DNA of 48,676 bases. Source: a bacterium (lineage in GTDB: Bacteria; Bacillota_I; Bacilli_A; RF39; UBA660). Below the pieces are notes generated by a model. The model was not told the DNA's origin. It did not search any database and saw nothing but the letters and a program-made list of their open reading frames with translations. The stretch covers positions 1-48,676 of the forward strand of contig JAUNFK010000005.1 of NCBI GenBank assembly GCA_030525085.1, written 5' to 3'. The position numbers and the translations under genes were made by a program. Below, piece by piece: positions 8,317 through 18,601 of the stretch (positions are counted from its first letter, which is position 1; every line of letters begins with the position of its first letter).

Positions 8317-9839
8317 TATTCACTTAAAGCACTAATTTTTCTCTTATAATCATCTATCTTATCACTTAACTCACGATTATTTCTTTCAAGTTCATTAATC
8401 TGACTTTCTAACTCTCTTATTCTCATTTGATAATCATATATTTTTTGATTCTTGATTTCTTTTTCTTCTTCTTTTTGGTTTGCTTCACTATTCTTTTTTA
8501 TTGTACTAATATTTTTTTCACTTGAAGTTACTACAATTCTAACTCCACCATATAATGAATAATTGTATACTTCTTTATTCCTTAAATCCTTAACAAATAT
8601 ATCAAGAAGATTCTTAAAACTAAATGTATTATCTCTTTGTAAAACAGATAAATATAACTTATTATCATCAAGTTTAACATCATAATTAGTACTATATTCA
8701 CTATTAGTTACTTCAATATTAACCTTATCATTTAAGCCATCATCAATCTCATAAGTAACATGGTAATAATCTAGAATATCACTATCTAAATAAAGTTTTC
8801 CATTATAATCATAAGAAGCATCATTACTTATTAAAATATCTGCACTTTCTTCATTGTGATAAGTATATTTAGAGCACTCAATTACAAATAGACCACCTGC
8901 TACTCCTATAAAAGCAAGAGAAGCAAGAATTGTTATAAGCATTCTTTTATAACATTGCACTCTATCAAAAATAAAATTATAAATAAACTCTAAAGCAATT
9001 TCATTAAGCATTATTAAACTTACTAACCCTATAAAAATACTAAAAAAGAAAACGCCTCTAAACATAAAATAAATTGAAATAATAAAAGCAAACATAAAAA
9101 ATATAAATGAACAAATAAGTGGAATAGCTCCAATTAAGAAGAACATCTTTATAAAGAACATCACAATACTAACTAGAGCATCAAATATTGAATATCTCTT
9201 TTTTGTTTTAGTACTGGTTATGTTTTGCTTTTCTTCTACCTCAGCGCCACCCTTTTCATCCTGCACGTTTTCAATTATAGTTACTTCTTTTTTATCTAAA
9301 AAACCTATCTTAAATACATAAGCAAGAACAAATAACTTTAAACTATAATATAAAATATTAATAATTAGATTAAAAAAGTTAGAAGAAAAACTAAGTCCTT
9401 TACCCTCCATAAATGAATTAAAAAAACTATATAATCCACTTTTTAAAGCATCAAAAGGATACTCACATAAACCTAAAAATAAATAAACAACAATCATTAT
9501 AATGAAGCATTTAAGAATATCTTTAAATGTACTTCCAGCAAAATAATGATAAGTTTTTTCAATATATTCTTCTACACTACTAGTAATATCACTTACCTTA
9601 CTCTTCTTTTCTCCAGTAAACTCATTTAACTTAATTGTATCATTAGTAAGTTCTTCTAAAGTGCAACCAAATATCTTACATATTGCAAGAAGCTTATCCA
9701 TCTCTGGATACGTCTGACCACTTTCCCACTTAGAAACACTTTGTCTAGTAACATCTAACATATCCGCAAGTTCTTCTTGACTATACTTTTTTTCTTTTCT
9801 TAACTTTTGCAATTTTTCATTAAAATTCATTTCTTTCAC
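8316..9839 (-). CDS. XRE-family HTH protein with several TM helices, an extracellular domain and a C-terminal coiled coil
   Basis: LRKEKKYSQEELADMLDVTRQSVSKWESG at the N-terminus, hydrophobic segments, heptad-like tail. Start is likely ATG 9830. Confidence 0.8.
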   Translation of the reverse strand: MKEMNFNEKLQKLRKEKKYSQEELADMLDVTRQSVSKWESGQTYPEMDKLLAICKIFGCTLEELTNDTIKLNEFTGEKKSKVSDITSSVEEYIEKTYHYFAGSTFKDILKCFIIMIVVYLFLGLCEYPFDALKSGLYSFFNSFMEGKGLSFSSNFFNLIINILYYSLKLFVLAYVFKIGFLDKKEVTIIENVQDEKGGAEVEEKQNITSTKTKKRYSIFDALVSIVMFFIKMFFLIGAIPLICSFIFFMFAFIISIYFMFRGVFFFSIFIGLVSLIMLNEIALEFIYNFIFDRVQCYKRMLITILASLAFIGVAGGLFVIECSKYTYHNEESADILISNDASYDYNGKLYLDSDILDYYHVTYEIDDGLNDKVNIEVTNSEYSTNYDVKLDDNKLYLSVLQRDNTFSFKNLLDIFVKDLRNKEVYNYSLYGGVRIVVTSSEKNISTIKKNSEANQKEEEKEIKNQKIYDYQMRIRELESQINELERNNRELSDKIDDYKRKISALSE

Positions 9840-9898
9840 CTCACAGCCAATATACTATGAAACCCTGTTGCGTACTACCAAATTTAAGTAGAATTATG

Positions 9899-10558
9899 TC
9901 ACTTTTTAGTTGCACTTTCAAATATTTTCTTAAAATCAGCTGGAATTTCATCTTCGATAACAATTTTTTTATTATTAATTGGATGATTAAACTCTAAATA
10001 GTAAGCATGCAGCCCAAGTCTACCAATTGGATTCTTCTTAGCTCCATATTTCTTATCGCCAATAATTGGATGTCCTAAACTAGAAAAACAAACTCTAATC
10101 TGATTACGTCTTCCAGTTTTAATTAATACATCCATTAAAGAATAAGCTGATGACACATTTAAACATTTATAATCAGTAATTGCAAGCTTTCCTTTATTAC
10201 TAACATAAACTCTTAAAGTTTTATCTTCACTTAAATACTGTTTAACTTCACCCTCACCATTTAACTTGCCACAAACAACAGCATAATATTTTCTTATAAC
10301 CTTATCCCAGTTATCCTGCATAATATTTTTAACTCGTTCACTCTTAGCAAATAACACTAAACCACTAGTATCTCTATCAAGTCTATGAACTACAAAAACC
10401 TTTTGATTTTTCTTATGCAAATAATCATAAACCTCACTATATAATGTATTAAAACTTTTACCATCACTTACTGTAAGAACCTTATCATCTTTTCTTACAA
10501 CTATTAAATCTTTATCTTCATAAAGTATTTTTAATTTCTTCATAAACATCACGCTCAT
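9899..10558 (-). CDS. RluA-family RNA pseudouridine synthase
   Basis: VHRLDRDTSG, TGRRNQIR, HPIIGDKKYG, LHA. Confidence 0.93.
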   Translation of the reverse strand: MSVMFMKKLKILYEDKDLIVVRKDDKVLTVSDGKSFNTLYSEVYDYLHKKNQKVFVVHRLDRDTSGLVLFAKSERVKNIMQDNWDKVIRKYYAVVCGKLNGEGEVKQYLSEDKTLRVYVSNKGKLAITDYKCLNVSSAYSLMDVLIKTGRRNQIRVCFSSLGHPIIGDKKYGAKKNPIGRLGLHAYYLEFNHPINNKKIVIEDEIPADFKKIFESATKK

Positions 10559-10574
10559 ATTATACCATAAACTA

Positions 10575-10604
10575 AAAAAAAGATTATAAATTAATTTATA
10601 ATCT
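10575..10604 (-). terminator. Terminator of paralog A
   Basis: AGATTATAAATT/AATTTATAATCT perfect palindrome followed by a U tract on the minus strand. Confidence 0.6.
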
Positions 10605-12547
10605 TATTTAACGATATAAGGGTCTTCGCTTGTACCAGTTCCGCCGGATAATTGAACACTTGAATCAAGGGCAATAGAAGGTCTGATGCGTGCCTTCATA
10701 GCAACCGGGTCACAATCACTTCCAAGTAAAATGCGATTATTATTTATAACAAACATACATGCTTCAGCACCTGTAAACCAAGCAGGCGTCATCGACCAAT
10801 ATTTTATACCACCAGTATTTTCCCATAAATAATTATAATCACCATTATAAAAACCATAATTACCAGCAAATATAATCTCGTCCATTGTTAAAAGTCCAAT
10901 TTTATAATCTAATGCTCCATTTCCATTAGTTATATCACTTACCGTAAATTTAGATAAATTACCGCCATCATTGTCATTCGAACATTTTAAAGATGGTTTT
11001 ATATTATTTGAAGATGATGCTAACTCTGTTAATCGAAGAGTAGCATTATATCCATTTGCATTTGTTCCATAACCAAAATTAGTGTCATTTTTACTATTAA
11101 CGTATGGAATGTTTATTGTAGTATCAGTTACAACACTTTTATCATTACACCATATCACATCAGCTAGTTTATCTTCATATGACATCAAATTATTTTTATA
11201 CCAAGTTTCTAAATTAGTTAGCACAGTACTTTTATTTATATTAGCTTGAGCCTCTGCATAACTACTGCCACCAGCTGTCCCATACATAAATCCTACATAT
11301 GCATTATCATCACCACTTGTATTAAATACAGAGCCAGTTGCTGTGTCAGAAAATTTAGCAAATGCGCCTGTATTAAGATTATTTACAGATGAGCAGGGAC
11401 TACTTACCCCATTAAGATTATTATTATGTAATACTAATTTAACAGAGCCATTGCCGGTTATTCGTACTATCCTCCAGCACATGTTAGCAAATTCTACATA
11501 ATTATTTTTTACTGTTCCTCTAAAATAATACGAAGTGCCATAATCATCTTCGGTACTCGAAAGAAGTGCTTCAGTTACATTTTTATTAGAACGAATTTCT
11601 TTATATGTAAGACTATCTGCTGTAGCTGAAACAACATAATAAATAGTATATAAATTAGTCGTATCCCTCATTGTTCCTGCGGAAGTGGAAGAAAATTGAT
11701 AAGGTAAATATTTACCAACCAAACTAGAATATGAATTAGCATATGTATCAGTGGTTACTTCAGTTCCAGTCAAGTTTATTTTATAACCGTTTGCTTCATA
11801 TCCAGTACCATAAGTTATATAAACGTTAGTATTCGAAAAAGTATCTGTAGTACTCTCTACATCATTATAGGTATAAGCACTAGGTTCGTACCCTGGATTT
11901 GAAATAGTCTTTTGAACAACATTATCAGCAAGAATCTTTTCACTTAAAGTCGGTTCATTTGAAGCACTAGTTACTACCACTATTTTCCCTGCCCAACTTT
12001 TATTCAAGCCTTGATCTGCAGTAACTGCAGCATCCATCCATATTCTTAAATCATATGTTTTCTCTTCATTAGCTTTTAGATAAATACTACTAAGAATATA
12101 ACCTTTTCTACTATTATCTATATCAGTTAATGTTTGACCACCTAATATAACAGAAGGATTACTTGTAGTACCACCAGGAGATAAATTAACTTTAATATAA
12201 TTATCACTTAAATAAGATGAACTAGTACTAGTTCTATATTCACTATCTATTGTTATATAAGCTTTAACATAAGAAGCACAATTATTTTTTATAGTAAAAG
12301 TAAAAGGTGTTTCCTTTAGTCCGTCAGCATCCGTTAGTGGAAATGCCTCAGTTAAAGCTATCTTTTCAGTATCTTCCGTTAGCGTTGTACTAAAACATGT
12401 CCTAGATGCTATTGTATTATTTTCACTTTGACTTAAATAAAGTCTAAACCAAGCAAAAGAGACTCCAATTATACATAGAACGGTAATAAGCATTCCATAA
12501 TATACTCTAAGTCTCTTTTTATCTGCATTATTTTTGTTATTTGTCAT
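10604..12547 (-). CDS. Surface protein paralog A: SipW-type signal peptide, TasA/camelysin-like N-domain, C-terminal CLec-like domain
   Basis: GVSFAWF signal end; DDYGTSYYFRG..NNYVEFA..WRIVRI and YWSMTP...IRPSIAL...GTGTSEDPY, shared with paralogs B and C. Confidence 0.75.
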   Translation of the reverse strand: MTNNKNNADKKRLRVYYGMLITVLCIIGVSFAWFRLYLSQSENNTIASRTCFSTTLTEDTEKIALTEAFPLTDADGLKETPFTFTIKNNCASYVKAYITIDSEYRTSTSSSYLSDNYIKVNLSPGGTTSNPSVILGGQTLTDIDNSRKGYILSSIYLKANEEKTYDLRIWMDAAVTADQGLNKSWAGKIVVVTSASNEPTLSEKILADNVVQKTISNPGYEPSAYTYNDVESTTDTFSNTNVYITYGTGYEANGYKINLTGTEVTTDTYANSYSSLVGKYLPYQFSSTSAGTMRDTTNLYTIYYVVSATADSLTYKEIRSNKNVTEALLSSTEDDYGTSYYFRGTVKNNYVEFANMCWRIVRITGNGSVKLVLHNNNLNGVSSPCSSVNNLNTGAFAKFSDTATGSVFNTSGDDNAYVGFMYGTAGGSSYAEAQANINKSTVLTNLETWYKNNLMSYEDKLADVIWCNDKSVVTDTTINIPYVNSKNDTNFGYGTNANGYNATLRLTELASSSNNIKPSLKCSNDNDGGNLSKFTVSDITNGNGALDYKIGLLTMDEIIFAGNYGFYNGDYNYLWENTGGIKYWSMTPAWFTGAEACMFVINNNRILLGSDCDPVAMKARIRPSIALDSSVQLSGGTGTSEDPYIVK

Positions 12548-12572
12548 ATCTTCCTACCATTTCTATAATAGA

Positions 12573-12601
12573 ATTATAAACCGCAAAATATTGCGAGTCA
12601 A
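12573..12601 (-). promoter_or_regulatory. Sigma-A promoter of paralog A with a palindrome in the spacer
   Basis: TTGACT-N17-TATAAT; the spacer holds CGCAA-N4-TTGCG (12582-12595). Confidence 0.65.
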
Positions 12602-12659
12602 GAAATATGACAAAATATTCACTTTTTTTATTTTATTTTACAAATTATTTTACTATGCC

Positions 12660-15600
12660 CTAAAATAAACTTAACTGACTAGATTCTGGCATAGCATCTA
12701 ATACATGCATAGAACGTAATTTTTCAATAAGAGTTTGACTGACTTTGCCACGTAACTGTAAGTCTTCAACACTTATAAACTTACCATTTTCTCTTTCTTT
12801 AACTATCTGCTTAGCAACTGTCTCTCCTAGCCCATCAACAGATGAAAATGGTGGTCTTATACTTGTTTCATCATAAACTCCCCAAACACTTGCATTACTG
12901 TCATACAAATCAATTGGTAAAAACTTAATCCCACGAGCGCACGCCTCTAAACAAACTTTCAAACTTTCAAGTAAGCCCTGTTCTTTATTAGTTGCATCAA
13001 AACCTTTAGCTTGAATTTCAGTAATTCTTCTCTTTATTCCTTCATACCCAAGAGTCATTGTTTCAACATCAAAATCAGTTGCTTTACTAGTAAGCCATGA
13101 CGCATAAAAATATACTGGCATATGAACCTTAAACCAAGCTATTCTAAATGCCGAAATAACATACGCAGCTGCATGAGCTTTCGGGAACATGTACTTAATT
13201 TTATGACAACTCTCAATGTACCAATCTGGAATATGATTATCAATCATTGTCTGTTTATGTTTTTCCCAAGTTTCTTTCTCCTTAGGTTTACTAGCTTTAC
13301 CTTTACGTACAAACTCCATTATCTTAAATGCTTTAATAGGTTCTACACCTTGTTGCATCAAATAAACCATAATATCGTCACGACAACCAATAGTTTCTTT
13401 AAATGGAACTTTAATATTGCCATTTTCATCTGGAGTACACAAATCTCTAGCATTACCAAGCCATACATCTGTACCATGTGATAAGCCTGCAATCTTAATA
13501 AGTTCAGCAAACGTTGTTGGTTTAATCTCATCTACCATACCAATAGTAAAGTTAGTACCAAACTCTGGAATACCTAAAGTACCAGTTGGACACATAATCT
13601 GTTCATTCGTTACGCCTAAGGCTTTAGTGCTTGAGAAAATACTCATTGTTTCTTTATCATCTAGTGGCACTTTACTAACATCCATCTTAGTTAAATCTTG
13701 AATCATTCTAAGCTGTGTTGGATCAGAGTGACCTAAAATATCTAACTTAAGTAAACATTCCTCAATTGAGTGATAACCAAAGTGTGTTGTTCTCCATGCA
13801 CTAGTAACATCATCAGCTGGATACTGAAATGGTGTAAAATCATATACTTCCTTATAATCAGGAACAACAACAATACCACCAGGATGCTGACCAGTAGTTC
13901 TCTTAACACCAGTACATCCTAATGCAAGTCTTTCAATCTCAGCATTTCTTAAAATAATACCCTTATCTTCAGCATAACCTCTAACAAAACCAAATGCTGT
14001 CTTCTCAGCAACTGTACCGATAGTACCAGCACGATAAACATTATCAACACCAAATAGTACCTTTGTATACTCATGAGCACTAGCTTGATTTAAATCTGAG
14101 AAGTTTAAATCGATATCTGGTACCTTATCTGCATTAAAACCTAAGAATGTAGCAAATGGCATATCATGACCATCTTTATATAATTTCTCACCACATTCAC
14201 AAACTCTATCAGGTAAATCTATACCACATGAATAGTTCAAACTTAAATCATTACCATCTTCATCTTGAAAATAACTTTTCTTACACTTTAAACATCTATA
14301 ATGTGCAGCAAGTGGATTAACTTCAGTAATACCCATCATAGTTGCTACAAATGATGAACCTACTGAACCTCTTGAACCAACCAAGAATCCTTCATCATTA
14401 GAGTGTTTAACAAGTCTTTGTGCAATCAAATATATCGGATCGAATCCTCCACCAATGATACCACCTAAACTCTTCTTAACTTTTTTATCTAATGCAGCAT
14501 CACTCATCTCACCATCGTCTTCACTCCAGTGTTCTTTTACGTAATCACGAACCATTTCTTTAACATAATCAACACCAGTATAAATACTCTTATGAACCTC
14601 ATCAAAAACCGCTCTCTCAAAAGATGGATCATCAGGACTCACAGTTGCACTTATCTTCTCTTTACATATTTTATAAACTATATCGCCATATAATTCTTTA
14701 CCAATTCTTTCTTCAATAATAATTGGAAGCTCCTGCCCATACCAACTAGTTGCTCTATCATATACCAAATCAGTAACAACTCTTGGACAGTCCAAATAAG
14801 TCTTACCATCATCAGCTTTAACTCTTGGAGAAAATGGTGTTCCACCAGTATCTGGAATAACTTCAAATTCACTAACCATATCAGCTATCTTATTGGTATT
14901 CTCAATAACAATTCTCTTAGCAACATCTTCACCTAAGAAATTAAAGTCATCAAGCATTTCTTTAGTCGTTCTAAAATGCATTGAAGGTATCTCAGTTATA
15001 CTACTCTTAGCAAGTGGATGTCTTCCTCCACCAGGAACCTTTTGATTAATTATAATCTCACGATAAATCTTATCTTCTCTAAAGAAATGATGAACATCAC
15101 CAGTTGCTACCATTATCTTACCAGTTGTCTCTACCGCATCAACAATCTTTTTAATATGATTAATAAGCTCTGCGCTATTACCAAAATCACCAGTTTGTAG
15201 TAAATGTCCATAAACCTCAGGAGGCTGAACTTCTACATAATCATAAAAACGAATTATGTTAGATAACTCTTCTCCATCTTTACTTTTAGCTTCCATAAAG
15301 ACTTCACTTTCGGCACATCCACTACCAATTAAAATTCCTTCTCTAAGCTCATTTAATTTACTTCTCGGAATTCTAGGTGTCTTATATAAATATGTTGTAT
15401 TAGCTAAACTAACTATCTTAAATAAATTCTTAAGTCCTTCTTTAGTCTTAACAATTGCATTAAAATGATAAGTACGTCCAAATTTATATATTTCATCTTT
15501 ACTAATCAATTTATCTAAATCACTTATAATTTTATAATTTTGACTAGCAAGTCTTTTAAGCATTTTATAAAATACAAGCGCGGTTCCTTCAGCATCATAA

Positions 15601-17264
15601 TCAGCTCTATGATGTGCATCTTCATCAAATACTACATCATATCTTTTAACAAGCGCAGACAAACTATGACGAGAATGTTCCTGATCCATTGCACGAGATA
15701 ACTCTAAAGTATCTACTACTGTATTTTTAAACTCACCTAAACTATACTTCTTCATCGCCATCTCAATAAATGAAATATCAAACTTAGCATTATGAGCAAC
15801 CATTGGAGCATCTCCAGTCCACTCCAAGAAACGTTTAGTAACATTCTCTTCTGTATCTTTCCCTTTTAACATATCATCAGTAATATGAGTTACCTCAGTA
15901 ATTTTAGCTGGAAGTGCTCTACCCGGATCAATTAATTCATCAAATCTATCTGTTATCTCTCCATTACAAATTTTAACTGCACCAATTTCAATCATCTGAT
16001 CTCCACCACCAGCATTAAAACCAGTAGTTTCTGTATCAAATACAACAAATTCACTCTCTAAAAGTGGTAAATCACTTGGCCTTACAACAATATTAACTGT
16101 ATCATCAACAAGCGTAAGCTCAGTACCAAATAATCCTTTAAATCTCTTACTTTCATCTTCAATTCCCTTATTATGATTTTTAATAATCTCATAACAAATA
16201 GGAAACGCTTGACAACCATTATGATCAGTAATAGCTACTGCTTTATATCCAGCATTAATTGCATTCGTAATAAGTTCACAAGAATGCTTATCCAAGTCAA
16301 ATTTAGTAACTGCATCCATCTGACTCATCATTGTATGTGCATGAAGTTCAACTCTCTTCTCTTCAGCGTCATCTTTAAACTTAACTGTTTTATCAGGTAT
16401 CTCGTTAACATCACGAATATTAAAAACCAAATCTTTAGCAAAAGTATCATTCTTAATATAACCTCTAAACTTATACCATTTACCTTCTTTTAAACCACTC
16501 TTATACTTATTAAATTCATCTTCATCTCTAGAAAATATTTTAGCAAGAATACTATCAGTCTTATCACTAATCTTCAAAGTTAATATTCTAAAATTACTTT
16601 TATTTGAAACAAACTCTTCAACTCCAAAAATATAAGCTTCGCAAGTAACATTATTTTCTTCACCTAAAATATCTTTTATCTCTGTAATAGTCTTACTCTT
16701 AATTTCTTCACCAACAATAACTTTATACTCTGGTTCCTCTTTTATTTTAGGTTCCTCTCTTTTTTGAATTTCTTTCTTTACACTACTGCTTGCTTCATCA
16801 CTAATTGTAGAAGTTATCTCTAAATTTTTAAAACCAGAATTACTTAAAAGTTTCAATAGTTTAGAACTATGACTATTTAATAAGTCACACTCCATTCTAC
16901 TAGCAAGAGCCATACTTATTACATTATCATTAATATTGATTTCTGAATCTACCAAACTCATAAGAGAAGGATTATCTATAGATAAATTATTTAAATAAAA
17001 TTTAAAATAATTTTTAACATCATCATCCGTATAATTATCATAATCAATTATAATTGTTATAGTACTAGCATCCATTATTCCTTTAGAGGCTAAAACAGAT
17101 AACTCATTAAAAGCAGCTACATCGATAACACTAGGAGCATGTAAATAAACATCCCAAGAATCATTTTTATTATTAACAACAACCTTAACCACCTTTGCTT
17201 CATTAAAAGCATCTCTATTATTAAAATCTAATTTATTAAAAAATCTTTCTAAAGCTTTATCCAT
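12660..17264 (-). CDS. polC: DNA polymerase III PolC-type alpha subunit
   Basis: RVELHAHT (PHP), FVVFDTETTG (exonuclease), VGSRGSVGSS, KVPDIDLNFS, KYMFPKAHAAAY. ATG 17264 follows RBS AGGAGG. Confidence 0.98.
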   Translation of the reverse strand: MDKALERFFNKLDFNNRDAFNEAKVVKVVVNNKNDSWDVYLHAPSVIDVAAFNELSVLASKGIMDASTITIIIDYDNYTDDDVKNYFKFYLNNLSIDNPSLMSLVDSEININDNVISMALASRMECDLLNSHSSKLLKLLSNSGFKNLEITSTISDEASSSVKKEIQKREEPKIKEEPEYKVIVGEEIKSKTITEIKDILGEENNVTCEAYIFGVEEFVSNKSNFRILTLKISDKTDSILAKIFSRDEDEFNKYKSGLKEGKWYKFRGYIKNDTFAKDLVFNIRDVNEIPDKTVKFKDDAEEKRVELHAHTMMSQMDAVTKFDLDKHSCELITNAINAGYKAVAITDHNGCQAFPICYEIIKNHNKGIEDESKRFKGLFGTELTLVDDTVNIVVRPSDLPLLESEFVVFDTETTGFNAGGGDQMIEIGAVKICNGEITDRFDELIDPGRALPAKITEVTHITDDMLKGKDTEENVTKRFLEWTGDAPMVAHNAKFDISFIEMAMKKYSLGEFKNTVVDTLELSRAMDQEHSRHSLSALVKRYDVVFDEDAHHRADYDAEGTALVFYKMLKRLASQNYKIISDLDKLISKDEIYKFGRTYHFNAIVKTKEGLKNLFKIVSLANTTYLYKTPRIPRSKLNELREGILIGSGCAESEVFMEAKSKDGEELSNIIRFYDYVEVQPPEVYGHLLQTGDFGNSAELINHIKKIVDAVETTGKIMVATGDVHHFFREDKIYREIIINQKVPGGGRHPLAKSSITEIPSMHFRTTKEMLDDFNFLGEDVAKRIVIENTNKIADMVSEFEVIPDTGGTPFSPRVKADDGKTYLDCPRVVTDLVYDRATSWYGQELPIIIEERIGKELYGDIVYKICKEKISATVSPDDPSFERAVFDEVHKSIYTGVDYVKEMVRDYVKEHWSEDDGEMSDAALDKKVKKSLGGIIGGGFDPIYLIAQRLVKHSNDEGFLVGSRGSVGSSFVATMMGITEVNPLAAHYRCLKCKKSYFQDEDGNDLSLNYSCGIDLPDRVCECGEKLYKDGHDMPFATFLGFNADKVPDIDLNFSDLNQASAHEYTKVLFGVDNVYRAGTIGTVAEKTAFGFVRGYAEDKGIILRNAEIERLALGCTGVKRTTGQHPGGIVVVPDYKEVYDFTPFQYPADDVTSAWRTTHFGYHSIEECLLKLDILGHSDPTQLRMIQDLTKMDVSKVPLDDKETMSIFSSTKALGVTNEQIMCPTGTLGIPEFGTNFTIGMVDEIKPTTFAELIKIAGLSHGTDVWLGNARDLCTPDENGNIKVPFKETIGCRDDIMVYLMQQGVEPIKAFKIMEFVRKGKASKPKEKETWEKHKQTMIDNHIPDWYIESCHKIKYMFPKAHAAAYVISAFRIAWFKVHMPVYFYASWLTSKATDFDVETMTLGYEGIKRRITEIQAKGFDATNKEQGLLESLKVCLEACARGIKFLPIDLYDSNASVWGVYDETSIRPPFSSVDGLGETVAKQIVKERENGKFISVEDLQLRGKVSQTLIEKLRSMHVLDAMPESSQLSLF

Positions 17265-17345
17265 AACTCCTCCTGCATAATTCACAACTATAATTATACC
17301 CTATTTATCAAAATAAAAAAATACTTATAAAAGCATTTTTCTCAT

Positions 17346-17501
17346 TTAACAACCTATCCCCTTTAAAGGTTTAACATAATTACTTTCTGGTAAATTATTT
17401 ACCTCAGTATGATTAAAAGTATGTACTATTAACAATAAAAATATTACTATAAAAATTAAAACAGCACAAACTATATAAACAATTTTTTTAAACTCATTCA
17501 T
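17346..17501 (-). CDS. Small single-TM membrane protein (51 aa), not in the ORF track
   Basis: RBS GAGGAG then MNEFKKIVYIVCAVLIFIVIFLLLIVHTFNHTEVNNLPESNYVKPLKGIGC; starts 7 nt after the hydrolase stop. Confidence 0.65.
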   Translation of the reverse strand: MNEFKKIVYIVCAVLIFIVIFLLLIVHTFNHTEVNNLPESNYVKPLKGIGC

Positions 17502-17508
17502 AACTCCT

Positions 17509-18525
17509 CTAAATTTTCATCAGAGCTTGTAACACACTAGATAAATATTTATAAACCTTAGGGTCGATTCCCTTCATATTCTTTAAAATATCCCATATTT
17601 CACTTATATTCAAATGAAAATCAGAATCAAAATCTTTCCCTAGCCCCTTACATAATTCCTCTACAGTATCACCTAATTGTTTTTTATCAATAGCATCTAA
17701 ATTTTTAGTAGTCATCTCATGAATCTGTTTACTAACCTTAGAAAGCTTACCACTAACAAAAAATTCACCATAAGTATTCCAGCCAATTGGATAATGTTCA
17801 CTAAAAGCTAAATCCTTACTCTTAACAGCACTATAATTATCATTATACAAACACATCCCAACAACAGAACCTGTAGGTACAATATTAACAACTTTATTCT
17901 TTATTTTATTAAACTTATTTTCATATTCATCTTTTAAAAATCCAGGTCCGTCAAAATTATATATTTTTGCTACTTTCACTAAAACATTCTCATTCATCTC
18001 CATTGCAGAACTCATTGCTAAATTTCCACCCTTGCTATGTCCTGCAAGATAAATAACTTTATCACTATCTAGTACATTTTTACTAACGTAATCTATCGCT
18101 TTTGCTTGCGTATAAGTTGGATACTGATAATTAAGTCGTAAATTCTCAACCCAACCTATCATCGAACCGTCCGTTCCTTTAAAAACAACTAAAAGATTGT
18201 TATTAAAGCGTACGCACATTGCGCCAAACTGAGTATCTTTATTTCTAACATTTTCAAAATTACTTATTACTATATTTTCATATCTTTTACTAGATTTTAA
18301 CTTTTCTAGAAGTAAAAAAGCACTTGGCTTCATAACTCCACTTAAATCATCACTTTTAAAAGTTTCTGCATACATGTAAAAATCTTTAAATGATTTGCCT
18401 TCCTCAAATGAATCTACTGGTAAATATACCAAACAAGAAAAGACTAATGCATCCATTTGATTAAAACCAATACTATCAAAAGTATAATCTTTATAATAAT
18501 CTAAGTAATCACTTACCGTAAACAT
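17509..18525 (-). CDS. DUF2974/Mbeg1-like alpha/beta hydrolase (lipase-like)
   Basis: FNQMDALVFSCLVY, QFGAM, FKGTD, GHSKGGNLA, FDGPGF. Confidence 0.85.
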   Translation of the reverse strand: MFTVSDYLDYYKDYTFDSIGFNQMDALVFSCLVYLPVDSFEEGKSFKDFYMYAETFKSDDLSGVMKPSAFLLLEKLKSSKRYENIVISNFENVRNKDTQFGAMCVRFNNNLLVVFKGTDGSMIGWVENLRLNYQYPTYTQAKAIDYVSKNVLDSDKVIYLAGHSKGGNLAMSSAMEMNENVLVKVAKIYNFDGPGFLKDEYENKFNKIKNKVVNIVPTGSVVGMCLYNDNYSAVKSKDLAFSEHYPIGWNTYGEFFVSGKLSKVSKQIHEMTTKNLDAIDKKQLGDTVEELCKGLGKDFDSDFHLNISEIWDILKNMKGIDPKVYKYLSSVLQALMKI

Positions 18526-18601
18526 AATTTACACCTCAAAAACATTTTATCACATTTTTAAAAGAAATATAAATATGTTATAATTAAAATGGTGAATATA
18601 A

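Noticed and set aside
14467-14690. Intein in PolC
   Set aside because: No Cys/Ser start or HN end, and too short.
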